A DNA stretch of 64,000 nucleotides from Phaeosaccion multiseriatum (taxonomy: Eukaryota; Protista; Ochrophyta, other classes), in contig OZ218960.1 in NCBI GenBank assembly GCA_965112735.1, positions 1,426,001 to 1,490,000 of the forward strand. Direction: 5' to 3'. The position numbers and the translations under genes were made by a program. The notes under the pieces are model-generated. The model was not told the origin of the DNA. It searched no databases and saw only the letters and a program-made list of their open reading frames with translations. Positions within the stretch are counted from its first letter, which is position 1, and each line of letters starts with the position of its first letter. Positions 1-12,201 of this stretch are shown here, in pieces.

Positions 1-111
1 GCAGGTCTTAAGGAAGCTTTACGTAATTGGCATGCTTAATTAATAAGCTTCCCCTAACAGCAAAGAGCTTCTTCCTCTTGACTCACTCGCATCACTGACC
101 TTCTCACTAAG

Positions 112-1144
112 GTGGAGCACTTGGTCACAGAGATGAGCTGCGAGGTGTGCGAGAGGAGGAGACTCAAGACCAAACAGCTCACCATCTGCTCGCTGCCCAG
201 GTGGGTGCCGGGTGTGATTGGGTGGGTGGGGAGGAATTGTGACACATGGGGTTTGTAGGAGCGCGCAAGAGGGAGAGAACGAGAGAGAACAGTTTTCAGG
301 GACTTGGGGGGGAATGGATCATGGCGGTGGCTGGTCCCCCTTTACGCCCCACTGCTTCTTGTTTTTTCTTCTTCTGCCCCCGTCTCTTACCCGCCTTTGT
401 CTCCTCCTGTATTGCCCCTTGCTCCTCCTTCTTCTTCTCGTCCTCCTCCTCCTCGTCCTGCTGCTTCTGCTTCTGCTTCTGCTGATGCTGTATCACCAAC
501 TGCCGCTTCTGCTATTGTGTTTGTTCTGGTGTCCTCTCCTCTTCTCCTTAGCGTGCTCATCATCCACCTGAAACGCTTCGACTCTGTGAACGACTGCAAG
601 CTCGCGGACTTTGTGTCCTTCCCTGCATTGGGCCTCGACATGGGCCGGTACCTCTCCACCTGGGCCAAGGAAGCTCCTCCCCCCTCCTCCTCCTCCTCCT
701 CCTCCCCTCCCTCCTCCTCCCCTCCCTCCTCCTCCTCCTCCTCCTCCTCCTCCTCCGCCCCGTCTCCCTCCACCTCCCCTTGCCCCTCCTCCACCGCCAC
801 CAACGCCAACACCACCACCACCAGCACCACCACCACCACCACCACCAGCACCACCAGCACCACCACCAGCAACAGCAGCACCGCCATCCACCCCAACACC
901 TGTGAGGAGAGTGTCGCCGCTGCTCCTTCTACGGACAGGGGTGGTGCCAGTGGTGCCGGCTGTGCGGTAGGGGGTGGGGGAGGAGGGGACGGAGGGGGAG
1001 GCACCGCACAACCGCCTTCTTTTCCAAGTGGCGGTGGTGGTGGTGGTGGTGGTGGTGGTGGTAGTGAGGTTGGGCTTGGCGCCCCCCCCCCCAAGCTTCC
1101 TTACGACCTCTTTGCTGTGGTCAATCATCAGGGCTCGCTCTCGC

Positions 1145-1212
<68 letters not shown>

Positions 1213-1580
1213 GTGCGTGTGTGCGTGCTTACGGTGCGAATGCGCAAGGTGGATGGATGGAAACGGTCGGTGGTGGGGAGAAAGCAATGCCCCTCTTCTC
1301 TCCTCTCATCCCCTCTCCTCCTGCCCATGATGTCATAAGTACATAATAGAATTGTTACCTCTACCCTCCCCCCCTCCCCTAGGGGCACTACACCGCCTTC
1401 ATCAAGGAGGCAGGGCTGTGGTTCAGGGCTGACGACGAAGCCGTGTATGAGGTATCGGAGGAGCAGGTGCTTCGATCAGAGGCCTACCTCCTCTTCTACA
1501 GCAGGAGGGGTGGCGGCACCCAAGGGGCGGTGAAGGCAGCGGCGGCGGCAGCAGCCGTCGCGTCGTCTTCGTCATGGTAG
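112..1580 (+). CDS. Ubiquitin-specific protease (peptidase C19), 3' exons only; 5' end lies upstream of the window
   Basis: Exons 112-200, 552-1146 and 1383-1580 join via GT-AG introns into ...CEVC..KQLTICSLPSVLIIHLKRFD...YDLFAVVNHQGSLSQGHYTAFIK..WFRADDEAV...EAYLLFY*. These are the standard USP boxes (LxxHLKRF, His box GHY, W.xDD, AYLLFY), with a long Ser/Thr/Gly insert. Confidence 0.92.
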
Positions 1581-2094
1581 TTGTCGTTGTTCCCCCAGGG
1601 CGCGGGGGACGCGGAGGCACTCTAAACAGGGCTCTGACAGTGCCGTGACAGTGCTCTGAGGTCGGGGGGATCGTCGTTGTAACCAGCATGGCAAAGGTTT
1701 CTTCCCCACCATGCTCGGTTGCTAAGAAGCTTGTACAATAATACAATCCTTATTTATTGTTGTCGTGGTTAATCATGCTGGAAGAATCCCTTTTATCATG
1801 ACTTAATAGGAATCACCTGTTGAGGGGCGTCCTTCCCATTGACCCTCCACCTTGTACATGGGCTCTTATGTCTGACGCACGCACACACACACACACACAC
1901 ACACACGCCGCCCCTCCCCCTCAGAGGCACGAGGGGAAGGCAGTGGAAGGAGAAGCCCCCCTCTGACGCTCTAAGGAGTGGAATGAGTGTGCCTGTCTGT
2001 CCCTCTGACCTGTTTTAGGAGCGGAACGAGTGCCCCTCTGAGACCCTCTTAGGAGCGCACAAAGTGTCCCCTGCTCTGACCTCTGACACTCTCC

Positions 2095-5076
2095 TCAGAA
2101 GTAGTCTTCGTCTTCATCCTTGTCCTTGTCGCTCCCCTCGTCGAAACTGAAGTCCTCCTCCTCCACCTCCTCCTCCTCGATGTCTTCCTCCATGGAGTAT
2201 TCGTCTGGACGTGTGTGCATGCATGGGCGCGCGCGTGTGTGTGTGTGTGTGTGGAGAGGAAGGTGAGTGTGGGCGAAAGAAGAGAAGATACACCGACCGA
2301 CCAACCAACCAACCAACCCTCCTTCTCTCTTTCCCCTCCTCCACCGGAAGCTCTTACCTTCGTCGTCATCATCAAAGCCAAGGTCCCTCGCCGCAGCAGC
2401 CTCCTTCTCCTTCTCCTCCTTCTCTTTGTCGGCCTCCGTCGCCTCTGTCTCTGCCTTGTAGACCGCTGAGTCCTCTCGCCCGGCCTCCTCCTCCTCCTGC
2501 CCCTGATTCTGCCTGGGGCTTTCGATGCACTCCCAGTCGTCCTTCCCGTGTCCCTCCTGCTCCTCCTCTTCCTCCCCCTCCTCGTCCTCATCCTCCTGCG
2601 GACGAGGTGTGGAAGTAACATCAGACAAGGGAGATGTCCTGCCTCCCCCTCCTCCCATTCCCATCCGCAGAGAAGGAAGCTCTCCAAGCAAACTTCTGCA
2701 CCAATTGCACGAGAGCAACGCAAGAAGAGGAGACAGAAGTAGCAGGTCAGTCAGTCAGTCAGTCAGTCAACCAGCCAGCCAGACAGTGAGGCCGTCAAAC
2801 CTTCAGTCGGTCGGTCAGTCATTCAGTCATTCAGTCACTCAGTCACTCAGTCAGTCCGTCTCTCCATCACGTCCATCATTCAGTCCGGTTGTCAGCAGCC
2901 AGACAGCCAGTACTCAGTTAGTCAGTCAGTCAATCAATCAATCAGTCAGTCAGTCAGTCAGACGGTCACTGGCAGTGAAAGGGCATCAGGATATTAAAGT
3001 GGCAGAGCACGAGGTGGGTGCGATATAACTCACCCTCCTCCTCTTGGCGCTGCCGAGGAGAGCGGCGGGAGAGGTGGCAAGCCGCCCGCCCTTTCATTGC
3101 CCCCTCCCTCCCCTCCTCCTCCTCCTGCTCCTCCTCCTCCTCCTCCTCCTCCCTCTTGACCTTCGTGCCCCTCCCCCCCGTCACCGAGGAGGGCGTCCAT
3201 ATCCGCGTCGTCGTAGCTCCCGTCGAAGCTGTCCTCGTCCCTCTCTCGCTCCTGCTCGTCCTCCTTCTCATCTTCCTCCTCCTCCCCTGCCTCTGCCTCC
3301 TCTCCTCCTCCTCCGTCTCTCAACTGTCCATTATCTACTATCATCAACTTCTCCAGCTCATCATTCTCGTCCGCGTCCTCGTTCTTTTGCTGGGTCTCTT
3401 GTTCCTCCATCAGCTCCTCTGCAGGCAGCTCTGAAGAGTCTTCTTCCTCTGCCACTTCGACGTCCGAGTCATCGCCATCAGAGTCGAATCCGCGGCTGTT
3501 CTCATTCGGCTCTGGTCGCCCCTCAGTGGCTGCAGCAGAATTATCCTTCCCTCCCTCCTCTCCTTGCTCTGCCTCCTTGTTCTTGTGGTCTTGCTCTGCT
3601 TGAGCTTCGGCTGCTGCCCGCTCGTCCTCCTTCATGTCCTCCACCTCCACCACCTCCTCCACCTCCTCCTCCACCTCCTCCTCCACCTCCTCGCCATCCT
3701 CCTCCTCTTCCTCCTCTTCCTCCTCCTCCTCCTGGTCCCGCAATCTCTGCTTCTCCTTCGCTGCCTCTTCCTTCTCTAATGCGGCAGCAGCGGCCGCAAT
3801 CATGACCAATCGCTCCTCCTCCTCCAACACCTCTTGAAGCTGCCGCTCTCGCTCCTCCTCTTCCTCCTTCTCCTCCTGCCGCAATCTCTGCCTCTCCTTC
3901 GCTGCCTCTTCCTCCTCTAATGCGGCAGCAGCTGCCGCCGCCGCGGCCAATCGCTCCTCCTCCTCTAACACTTCTTGAAGCTGCCGCTCTCGCTCCTCCT
4001 CTTCCTCCCGTTGCTCTGCCAGTCGCTTCTCTCTCTCTTGTGCTGCCTCCTGCTCTTGCTGCATCCTCTCCTCCTCCGCCGCTCTCTCCCTCTCCTCCTC
4101 TTCCGCCTCTTGCTGCCTCCTTTCCTTCTCTTCTGCCTCTTGCATCGCCACTCTCTCCCTTTCCGCTTCTTCTTCCTCCTGCTGCTGTTTGAGAGCTGCA
4201 GCTTCTTGAGCTAGCTTCTCTTCCCTCTCTTCCTCCTCCTGCGCCCTCTGAATCTCATCTTGGTCCTGTTCCCCCCCCCTGCCGTCCTTCAGCTCAAACT
4301 CATCCTCCTCGCTGCCTTCATAACTGTCCTCTCCATCGGGGTCATCCTCTTGCTGCCCTTCCCGCCTCTCGTTATTGTCCTGGTGCTCCTGCGAGAACCC
4401 CCCAAGTGAGGTGCTTTGCTCTAACAGCATACCCACCAATCGCTTCACTTGCTTGTAGGACACCTGAGTACAGTACCGTACAACAAAACGTTATACAGTC
4501 CGACCAACAAGGAAGGTGAGCAAAATGAGGGGACAAAGGTACCAGAGCTGAGTCCGGTCCGGCAGAGAGTGTTGGCAGATCAGATTGATACGCTAAAAAG
4601 AAGCACTCAGGATACACGCCCATCGCATCAAAATACTCCTACCGTAGACCAGCAGCACGTAACCTCACCACGTTAGGGTCAATGAAGTCCCCGTGCTTCT
4701 CCTCCAGGGCCAACATGACCTCGTCCACGCTGACGGCTGCTGAGGAGGAGGCGGGCGGCCGCTCTTCCTGCTGCTGTCGGAGGAGCTTGGGGATGCCCAA
4801 ATCATCCATGTTCATCTCGAGCACCTCCAGATCTCCTGTGAAATAAGAATGAGTTGAAAGAGGGGAGGAGTCGAGGTTATACCTGGCTCTCGCCAAAGCC
4901 ACGGCTGTTTCTTCCCTTCCCTCGATGCGTGAGAATATCTCTGTTCCCCCAACCTTCCCTCGATGCTCCAACTTACCGTCCTGGCCCCTCTTGTACTCCA
5001 TGGCAATCATGGGAGAAGGAGAGTACTTCAAGCCGAAGCGCGTGGGCATGACTGCGTCCCCTACTGTTCCCTCCAT
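2095..5076 (-). CDS. CEP19-like N-terminal domain plus very long Glu/Arg-rich coiled coil and acidic tail (putative basal-body protein)
   Basis: Five exons (~5076/5049-4977, ~4835-4669, ~4463-3034, ~2695-2358, ~2204-2095) splice in frame. The N-terminus PTRFGLKYSPSPMIAMEY...HGDFIDPNVVSYKQVKRLVGML resembles the CEP19 N-terminal region from memory. The gene is well supported; the family call is less so. Confidence 0.6.
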
Positions 5077-5301
5077 CTTGTCTCTCTCTGATTAGTCCAA
5101 AGCAAGCTGAAAGGGAGCTTGGCGGTTTCGAATGTGTAACGGCAAAAAAGCTCATTCACCAGTGCTATCACAATACCAAACAAGGCCAAAAAAGGGGAGG
5201 GTTGTAGAGAAGGAGTAGCCAGAGGCATTGGAGCAAGAGCGGGAGAGAGATGGTCGTGGGGAAGAAGTAGAGAAATAATAGTAAGGGAGGTGAAGGGAGG
5301 G

Positions 5302-8300
5302 ATGAAGAGAGGATATGCGAGACGGCGAGGTGACAGGGTGAGGAGGGTGCGGGTTGGGGCTGTGGCGGCGGCGTGTGCCTGCGGCGTGGTGACTCTGCTC
5401 GGGGATTTGATTCCAGTGAGCAGCAATAGCGTGGGCGAGGCAGCAGCGACAGCGGCGGCGGCTCGCAAGGTGTGGGGTAGCAGAGCCGGCACGAACAAGA
5501 AGAACAAAAGGGCACGGACGCCTGCGCAGGCCCCGGCCCAGCCCAATATTCTGCTCGTCGTGATTGACGATGCGGGATGGGGAGATGTGGGCTTTACTGG
5601 GGGGGAAGCGGGACAGACGGACGGAAACGCCAAGCTGATCACGCCGAACCTGAACAAGATGGCGGAAGAGGGGGTGATACTGTCCTCCTTCTACGTCAGC
5701 CCCACGTGCACTCCGACTCGTACGCAGCTCATGACGGGCAGGTACAACTATAAGACGGGCATGCAAGACACCGTGCTGCACAGCACAGAGCCCCGAGGGG
5801 TGCCGCTCAGCGAGAAATTCTTATCCACCAAGCTGAAGACCTTGGGCTACCGGACTGCTCAGATTGGCAAGTGGCACCTGGGCATGCACATGCCTCAGTA
5901 CACCCCACAGGAGAGGGGCTTTGACCAGAGCTACGGCATCCTCACAGGGGGAGGTGGCCACTTCTCCCACGTGAGTGTGAGTCAGTCCTTCAGCGCCCGC
6001 GACAATTCAGACTCGTCGATCGTGTACACGGGTAATAATTTGCTTGAGAACGGGGTATTGTCGAGCGATGCCTTGGAAAAGACCCGCCACACCACCGACC
6101 TGTACGCGGAGAAGACCATCACCTACCTGGACGCCTTTTACCATAGTACGAAGCCGAACGAGCAGCAGGAGGTGGAGGAGGAGGAGGAGGAGGAGGAGGA
6201 GGAGGAGGAAGACGGGGCGCCTTGGTTCACCTACTTGGCCTTCCAGGCGGTGCACGATCCCATCGAGACGAGCGAGGAGTGGTACGCAGACAATGAGTGC
6301 GTCAACTTCGCTTCGGGGCCTCTGGACGATGGCGACGCTGTGCCAGGAGTGGCCTACGACCAGAGACAGATTCTCTGTGGCATGATGCTTCAGGTGAGCG
6401 TGCGTGTGTGTGTGTGTGTATGTGTGTGTGTGTGTGTGCGAGAGAGAGAGAGAGCAGGAGAGAGGCTGGGGAGAGAGAGGAGAGGGGGTGGGAGGAAGGG
6501 AGCACAGGAGCCTGCCAAATCCTTACTTTCCATGCTTCGTTCTTCGAGTCTCTTTGGGACGTCAACTAAGCAAACAAAGACGAGTGCTGTCACCTCCCTC
6601 TGTTGCCCGCTCCCCTCTCTCTCCTTTTGGTTTCGGCCGTCATGCCATGATGATGCGTGCGGTGTACTTGTTTCGTGTGCGCTTTCGTTGGGGAATGTTA
6701 ACATAGTTAAACCACCCCCACCTCCTCCCTCGCCCCGCCACACACACACGCACGCACGCACGCACACACAGCTGGACACTGCCATGGGCAACATCCGTAG
6801 GCGTCTTGAGGAGCAAGGAGAGTGGGAAAAGACCGTCGTCATGTTTCTGTCGGACAACGGCGGCATTGGCGCACACGGCAGTCTCAACATACCCTTTCGG
6901 GGAGAGAAGGGACAGTACTGGGAGGGCGGAGTGCGTGTACCGGCGTTTGTGGGCGGTGGCTACACGTCGGAGACCCTCCGTGCCAACCAAGTCAACCCTC
7001 ACATAGACGCCAACATGGCACATGTGACTGATGTACACGCCACCTTGCTCGAGCTGGCTGGATGGGGGCATACGGGCCAGACGGAGGGGGCAGAAGGAGA
7101 AGCAGGGGCAGGGGCAGGGGGAGAGGTGTCTATGGCAATTGATGGCGTTGACCAGTGGGCGTCGTGGACGTACTCCAAACAAGCCGTCAGGAGCAAGATG
7201 GTGATTAATCTCAACAGCGAGTACTTTGCGAGCAGGTGAGAAGGGCACCGGGAGGACGGGGGAGGGAGGGAGGGGGGCGGGGTCAGAGAGAGAGAGAGAG
7301 TGTGTGTGTGTGTCTTGAGTGTTGTCACACTAAGGTAGTAGAGTTCAGCGAAGGGCGGACATGACTGCGGCGCTTGGGTATGCACGTCTTCCTTTGATGT
7401 TGGGTTTTTTCTCCCCCCCCCCCCCTCTGGTTCCTCCCCGACGTGCCCCTAAACTCTCTCCTTCTCCCTCCTCTCGGGATGTAGCGCTGAACCCTTTTAC
7501 CTCTCGCGTCGCACGTCTGTTCCATCTCTAAACACTTTCTCCCTCCCTCCCTCTCTACCCCCTCCCTATCTACCTACCTGCCTCCCTCCCTACCTGCCTG
7601 CCTCCCTACCTTCCTTCCCCTCTTCCTACCTACCTTACCTACCTACCTACCTGCCTACCTGCCTACCTCAGTTCTGCGGTCCGCATCCACAACTTTAAGC
7701 TTATTGTCAATCCGGACCCCATGGAGTCCGAAGTCTACAGCAAGGTCAAGAAACACCTCATCGATATGGACTACCAACTCGACGCAGAAACACTCGCATC
7801 GACCACAGCCACCGTGCTCAGCAAGCTTGGACTCACAATCAAGCCAAGCTCCTATGTTCTCATCGACCTTAACGCGAACCCGTTCGAGAGGACGGACGAG
7901 GTGTGTGTGGACGAGGGGCGCCCGGAGGAGGAGTGCTCCAACTTGTTTAGAAACCCTCGCTTTGCCTCTCAGCAAGCGGCGCTCCTCCAATTCATCCAAG
8001 AGGAGACGGAGCGTATGCAAGAGCCGACTTTTGCATGGGCGGACGACGGGCCCCTCGCCAATCCAGGGCTGTTTAGCAACGTGTGGCTGCCCTGGAGAGA
8101 TGTGGAGGGTTTCCCTTTGGCCTTGTACGGAGGGCGTTATAGCGTGAACACTGGTGCCTCCAGCAGCTCCACCACTGACGCAGATATATCGGGCGAAGCA
8201 GCGCTTCTCGCGGCCAGTAAGAAGGACCGCAGCAGCAATAGCATACGAATGGCGTCCGCGTCTGCTGGTGGTGCTGCTGCAGAAAGAGGAGGAGGAGCCG

Positions 8301-8434
8301 CGGGTGATCCGTGGACCGTGAGCACGCCCCTTTTGGCAGCGATGGCCTCTGCTAGCACCGTGTTTGCAGGAGTGGTGGCGGTGGTTTCCTTCAAGATGGG
8401 CCGGCGCTCGGGGTATGAGTCCATCATGCTTTAG
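5302..8434 (+). CDS. Formylglycine-dependent (S1) arylsulfatase, ARSB-like, with C-terminal transmembrane helix
   Basis: Exons 5302-6393, 6772-7235 and 7672-8434. Motifs: PNILLVVIDDAGWGD, CTPTRTQLMTGRY (CxPxR), GKWHLG, AVHDP, SDNGG, RGEKG..WEGGVRVP. Ends in a hydrophobic helix followed by RRSGYESIML*. Confidence 0.93.
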
Positions 8435-8857
8435 CTATAAGTACACATTGATCGAAACAATTTTGCTTTCTCGAGAGTGAAAGTGACTCTCGAGGAAGAA
8501 CGAAAAAAAATACAGACGTGCTTTTTTTTGTGTGTTTTCCGCGCTAGCCGTTCAATACTCCCAGCGGATGCAGGAGTTAGACCGAGAGCAAGAGCAAAGT
8601 TGATGTAGGGGTCTCAATGATTGAACTCAGCTTGTAGAGGAGGAGAGGCGAAGCGCCCTGCCGCACATCCCATGCCCTCCTCCTTAGTTTTCTGTCACTT
8701 CCAAAATTAAAAAGCTCCCCCCCCCCTCGGGTTTTTCGCGCTAATTTAAGGCTCTCCGGTCTCAAATAATAATTGTTCTCCTTCCCCCCCCCACGGCAAA
8801 GGCTACTATTGTACAGAGACAAGGCCTTCCTCTCTGTACTTTCTTGGTGTTGCCCTC

Positions 8858-10467
8858 GTGCGGGGGAGAAGAAGGGCGGTGAGCGTCTACGATCTGCTGC
8901 AGCTTGCTCACATGCAGCAGCGGCAGGCGATAGCGCCCGAGGTAATATATGATTTACTTATATTGAGTGTGGGGACCTTGAAACTAAGTGGGGGGTGGTG
9001 GACAGTGACTCAGCATTGCGGCGAGAGGGTTCACGCTCTTCCAGCGAGCTGTTGAATGGTCGGCCCCTGACAACGTTCTGAGGCGGATGAGGGCCAAGGC
9101 TGCTCTGCCAAGCCTCGCCAGCGGGCCAGGTTCCAGGTTCTGGCCTGGGTCGCCTCAGAACCTTGTCAGGGGCCGAGAATGGAATCCCCGCCGTGCCAAT
9201 CCCCGCCGTGCCCCCACCTGCCCTCTCATCAATTAGCTCTCTCTCTCTCTCCTCATTCTCTTCTGCTGTTGGACGCAAACACACCAGGCGCGGCGACTCT
9301 TTCAGGCCCTCGCAAGAAGGGAGAGCTTTTCCACTCTAAGCGTGCTCGTGAGGGAGCTAATCGCTAAACATGGCAGAGCAAGCTTGGAGCAGCCTATAGA
9401 GGAGCAGGGCTTCACCGCAATGATTTTGGGTGCAGCTATGGGACGGCTGTATGTTGTGAACCTTCTGCTGCAGGAAGGAGTCTCGGCCAGTTCGAGTGGG
9501 GGACCCGACGGGGACACGGCACTGCTAGGGGCCATCGCAAGCGGACACATTAAGGTGGTGAAACGGCTGCTGAGGGCGGCCGTCGCTGTCGACCAAGCCG
9601 ACCTTGAGAACTGGACGCCTTTGATGTGTGCTTCCGAGAGGGGCTACGTCAATATTATGGAGCAGCTTCTCTCTGCTGCACGCAAGTGTCGACGCAGTTA
9701 GTACCAGGGGTGCTACCGCGCTTCACATCGCTGCTCAGAATGGTCACCACGGGTGTGTGCGGATGCTGATCCGTGCGAGGGCGAACATCAACGTAGCGGA
9801 CGAGTGTCTATGCACGCCGCTCTTTTTGGCGTCTCGGAATGGGCACACCTCCATTGTGGACCAGCTCCTTTCCGCCCGAGCCGATGTGAACAAATGCGAC
9901 CATCTCGGACGCACTCCACTTCTTCTGTCGTCTGGCAATGGGCTTCTGGGCGTGGTCCAGCAGCTCATCCAAGCCCGTGCTACCATAGACAAGGCCGACT
10001 ACAGTGGCGTGACTCCGCTGTGGGCAGCCTCGCGAGGAGGGTACGGCTCGGTTGTACAGCGACTTCTCGATGCGCATGCCAACGTGGAGGCCAGGGGCAG
10101 GAGGGGCTTCACTCCTCTTATGGCAGCCGCTCAGCACGGTCACTTGACTGTTTTGGAGAGGCTCCTATCTGCAGGAGCAGACGTAGCGGCGTTTAGCTCC
10201 AGTGGTTTCACTCCTCTGCTCCTTGCCTCAGAAGAAGGCCACAAGGTCGTGGTCGAGCGCCTTCGCGCCGCGGGAGCAAAGGTAGACAGGGGCACCACAG
10301 TGGCGCAGCACCTCTTGGCTTTGCTGCGCAGAAGAGGGTCGCGGCCGTCGTCGCCCGTCTCCTCTGTGCGGGACCCGCGACCGATGCCGCGAGCTAAGCT
10401 GAAGTACAATGCCAGGCACGGCACTGTGTTGCAGCTCCTCGTGGCCGATGCCCCCGAGATCCGGTAG
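8858..10467 (+). pseudogene. Ankyrin-repeat gene with frameshift and premature stops
   Basis: Putative exon ending 8941, intron 8942-9287, then about 9 ankyrin repeats (TPLxxA...G). A frameshift near 9678 joins ORF 9342-9701 to ORF 9628-10467. Ends in adjacent TAG TGA that correspond to CAG CGA in the paralogue downstream. Confidence 0.75.
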
Positions 10468-11319
10468 TGACTCAGAGAAGCGGTATCGGTCGCCTTCTTC
10501 GCTCTCTCGAAGCGTGTGCTGGACAGAAGCGAAGGGCCGACCCGGTGTCTCAGCAAGGAGAGGAGGAAGAGGCACCGCTGAAGTTGTCTCAGCAAGGAGA
10601 GGAGGTAGTGAAGTAGTGAAGTTGCCCTCTGGCCTATAGTGCGAGACAGAATAAAAGAGCTCAAAAAGAGCGCCATTCCTATGAAAACGATAATTATGCA
10701 AATAAGCATCCCATGCGAGGGAGCCCGTAAAAGAGACGAGGCGACAGAGGGGAAGAGAGGCGCCGCCCACGGCCGCTCCAACGTACTGGAAGGGTGTCCG
10801 GCCAGAGAGCGAGCGGTATGCATGATGCATGCGGTCACGTGTTGTTTCGTATACGACATAGAGTGCGTACTTGTAGTGGTTGGCGTTGGAAACAGCAAGA
10901 CTTGAGTTTGAAGGGTTGGGAGTGCAGGTGAGTGGGCCACACAACGATTCGGCACAGCGACGAGAGGAGAGGCGAACAAGGAGCAAAGGGCCCTGAGAAT
11001 CGCGCACAGTAGCCGCATATGGACTTTAGGCCTTACCCTGGGTGGGGGCGTCTTTAGAGCGATAGGCACTCCCGAGCCTTTCTCTGTTTGCCCGCTCCCT
11101 CCTCGTCGAAAAGCCCTACCCTTAGCAATATCCTCTCACACCTTGGTAAAAGTAACGCTGAACCCCCCCCCCTCGCCCCCACTACCCTAGCTTGCGTTTC
11201 TCTCTGTGTTGCCGCACTGCCCGTCTAACACATTGGAGGAGGGTGCATTGGGTGATAAGGTCTGAGGTCTGCCAGCCACGTGAGGGAGGCACTTGCATCC
11301 TGCTCGCGGGCATTCGCTG

Positions 11320-11746
11320 CTCATGCGGCGCCACTCCTCTCATCGCTGCTTCCTTCAATGGCTATCTGCCTGTATTGGATGAGCTCTTGATGGCCGGCGC
11401 AGACGTGGGCGCGTCTGATGCCGATGGCTTTGCTCCCCTGCACACCAACAACGGAACAACACCTCTTCACGTTGCTGCGGAGAATGGGCACGAGGCTGTC
11501 GTGGCCCGTCTCATCTCTGCGGGATCCTCCATCGATACGCCCCGTTCGGATGGCCTCAATCCACTCCTTGCCGCCATCTTTCAGAACCAGTTCGGCACTG
11601 CGCTGCAGCTCCTCGACGCGGATGCCTCGGTGGACAAGGCCTTGACTGCGGCACGGGACAAATCGCTGGGCCCCGAGATCGGGCAGCGACTCCGAGGTCT
11701 GACTTCAAAGGGAGTTGTCGCACCTGATTCGAAGTACCGTTATTGA
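11320..11746 (+). pseudogene. Second ankyrin-repeat fragment, paralogous to the 3' end of 8858-10467
   Basis: GATPLIAAS..., GTTPLHVAAENGH and GLNPLLAA repeats. One repeat is internally deleted (APLHT/NNGTTPLH) and no convincing 5' part is present. Confidence 0.7.
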
Positions 11747-11896
11747 AAACGCAGCTTTCGAGGCTCTCACTGCTGGTGAGGCTGCGCTTGCTGCATGCCG
11801 AGCGAGACATGGGAGGGCTGGGCGGGAAAAAGGGCTGACGGAAAGCTGACTGATGGCGCGCTCTAGCCCTCGTCTCCTCGAGGGTTGACCCCTGAT

Positions 11897-12195
11897 GCGC
11901 TATTGAGCTATCGCCGATAGCTGCGAGGTTGGCCCTTCGGGCCCAATAGCGCGCTATCGGTACGCATCAATAGCTGATAGCGTGCCGGCTGGCGCCGGCC
12001 ATAGCTAGTCCATATCGCGCCGGCTGACGCCGGCAATAGCACACTAGGAGGCTAGCTAATCATAATCATGGTGGTAAGAGGCGCAATAGCTGAGGGGGAG
12101 GGGGGGGGGGGGGGAGCTGATAGTATGCCGGCTGGCGCCGGCAATAGCGGGTAGTGCGCCGGCTGAAGCCGGCAAAAGCGATAGCTCAATGGCGC
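11897..12195. mobile_element. MITE-like non-autonomous element with 18-bp terminal inverted repeats
   Basis: The left end GCGCTATTGAGCTATCGC (11897-11914) matches the reverse complement of 12178-12195 at 17/18 positions. GAT flanks both ends. Four internal GCCGGC-N4-GCCGGC palindromes; no coding capacity. Confidence 0.6.
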
Positions 12196-12201
12196 GATTA
12201 T

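Noticed and set aside
8470-8494. 9-bp hairpin after the sulfatase stop as a terminator
   Set aside because: Intrinsic terminators do not apply to Pol II genes, there is no adjacent U-tract, and the hairpin is likely chance.
8858-11746. Ankyrin genes as a giant-virus or bacterial insertion
   Set aside because: No viral hallmark genes are present, and copy 1 appears to have a host-type GT-AG intron (8942-9287).
11897-12195. Palindromic repeats at ~31-35 bp spacing as a CRISPR-like array
   Set aside because: The repeats are degenerate and irregularly spaced, spacers are short and self-similar, there are no cas genes and the context is eukaryotic. TIRs explain the structure better.
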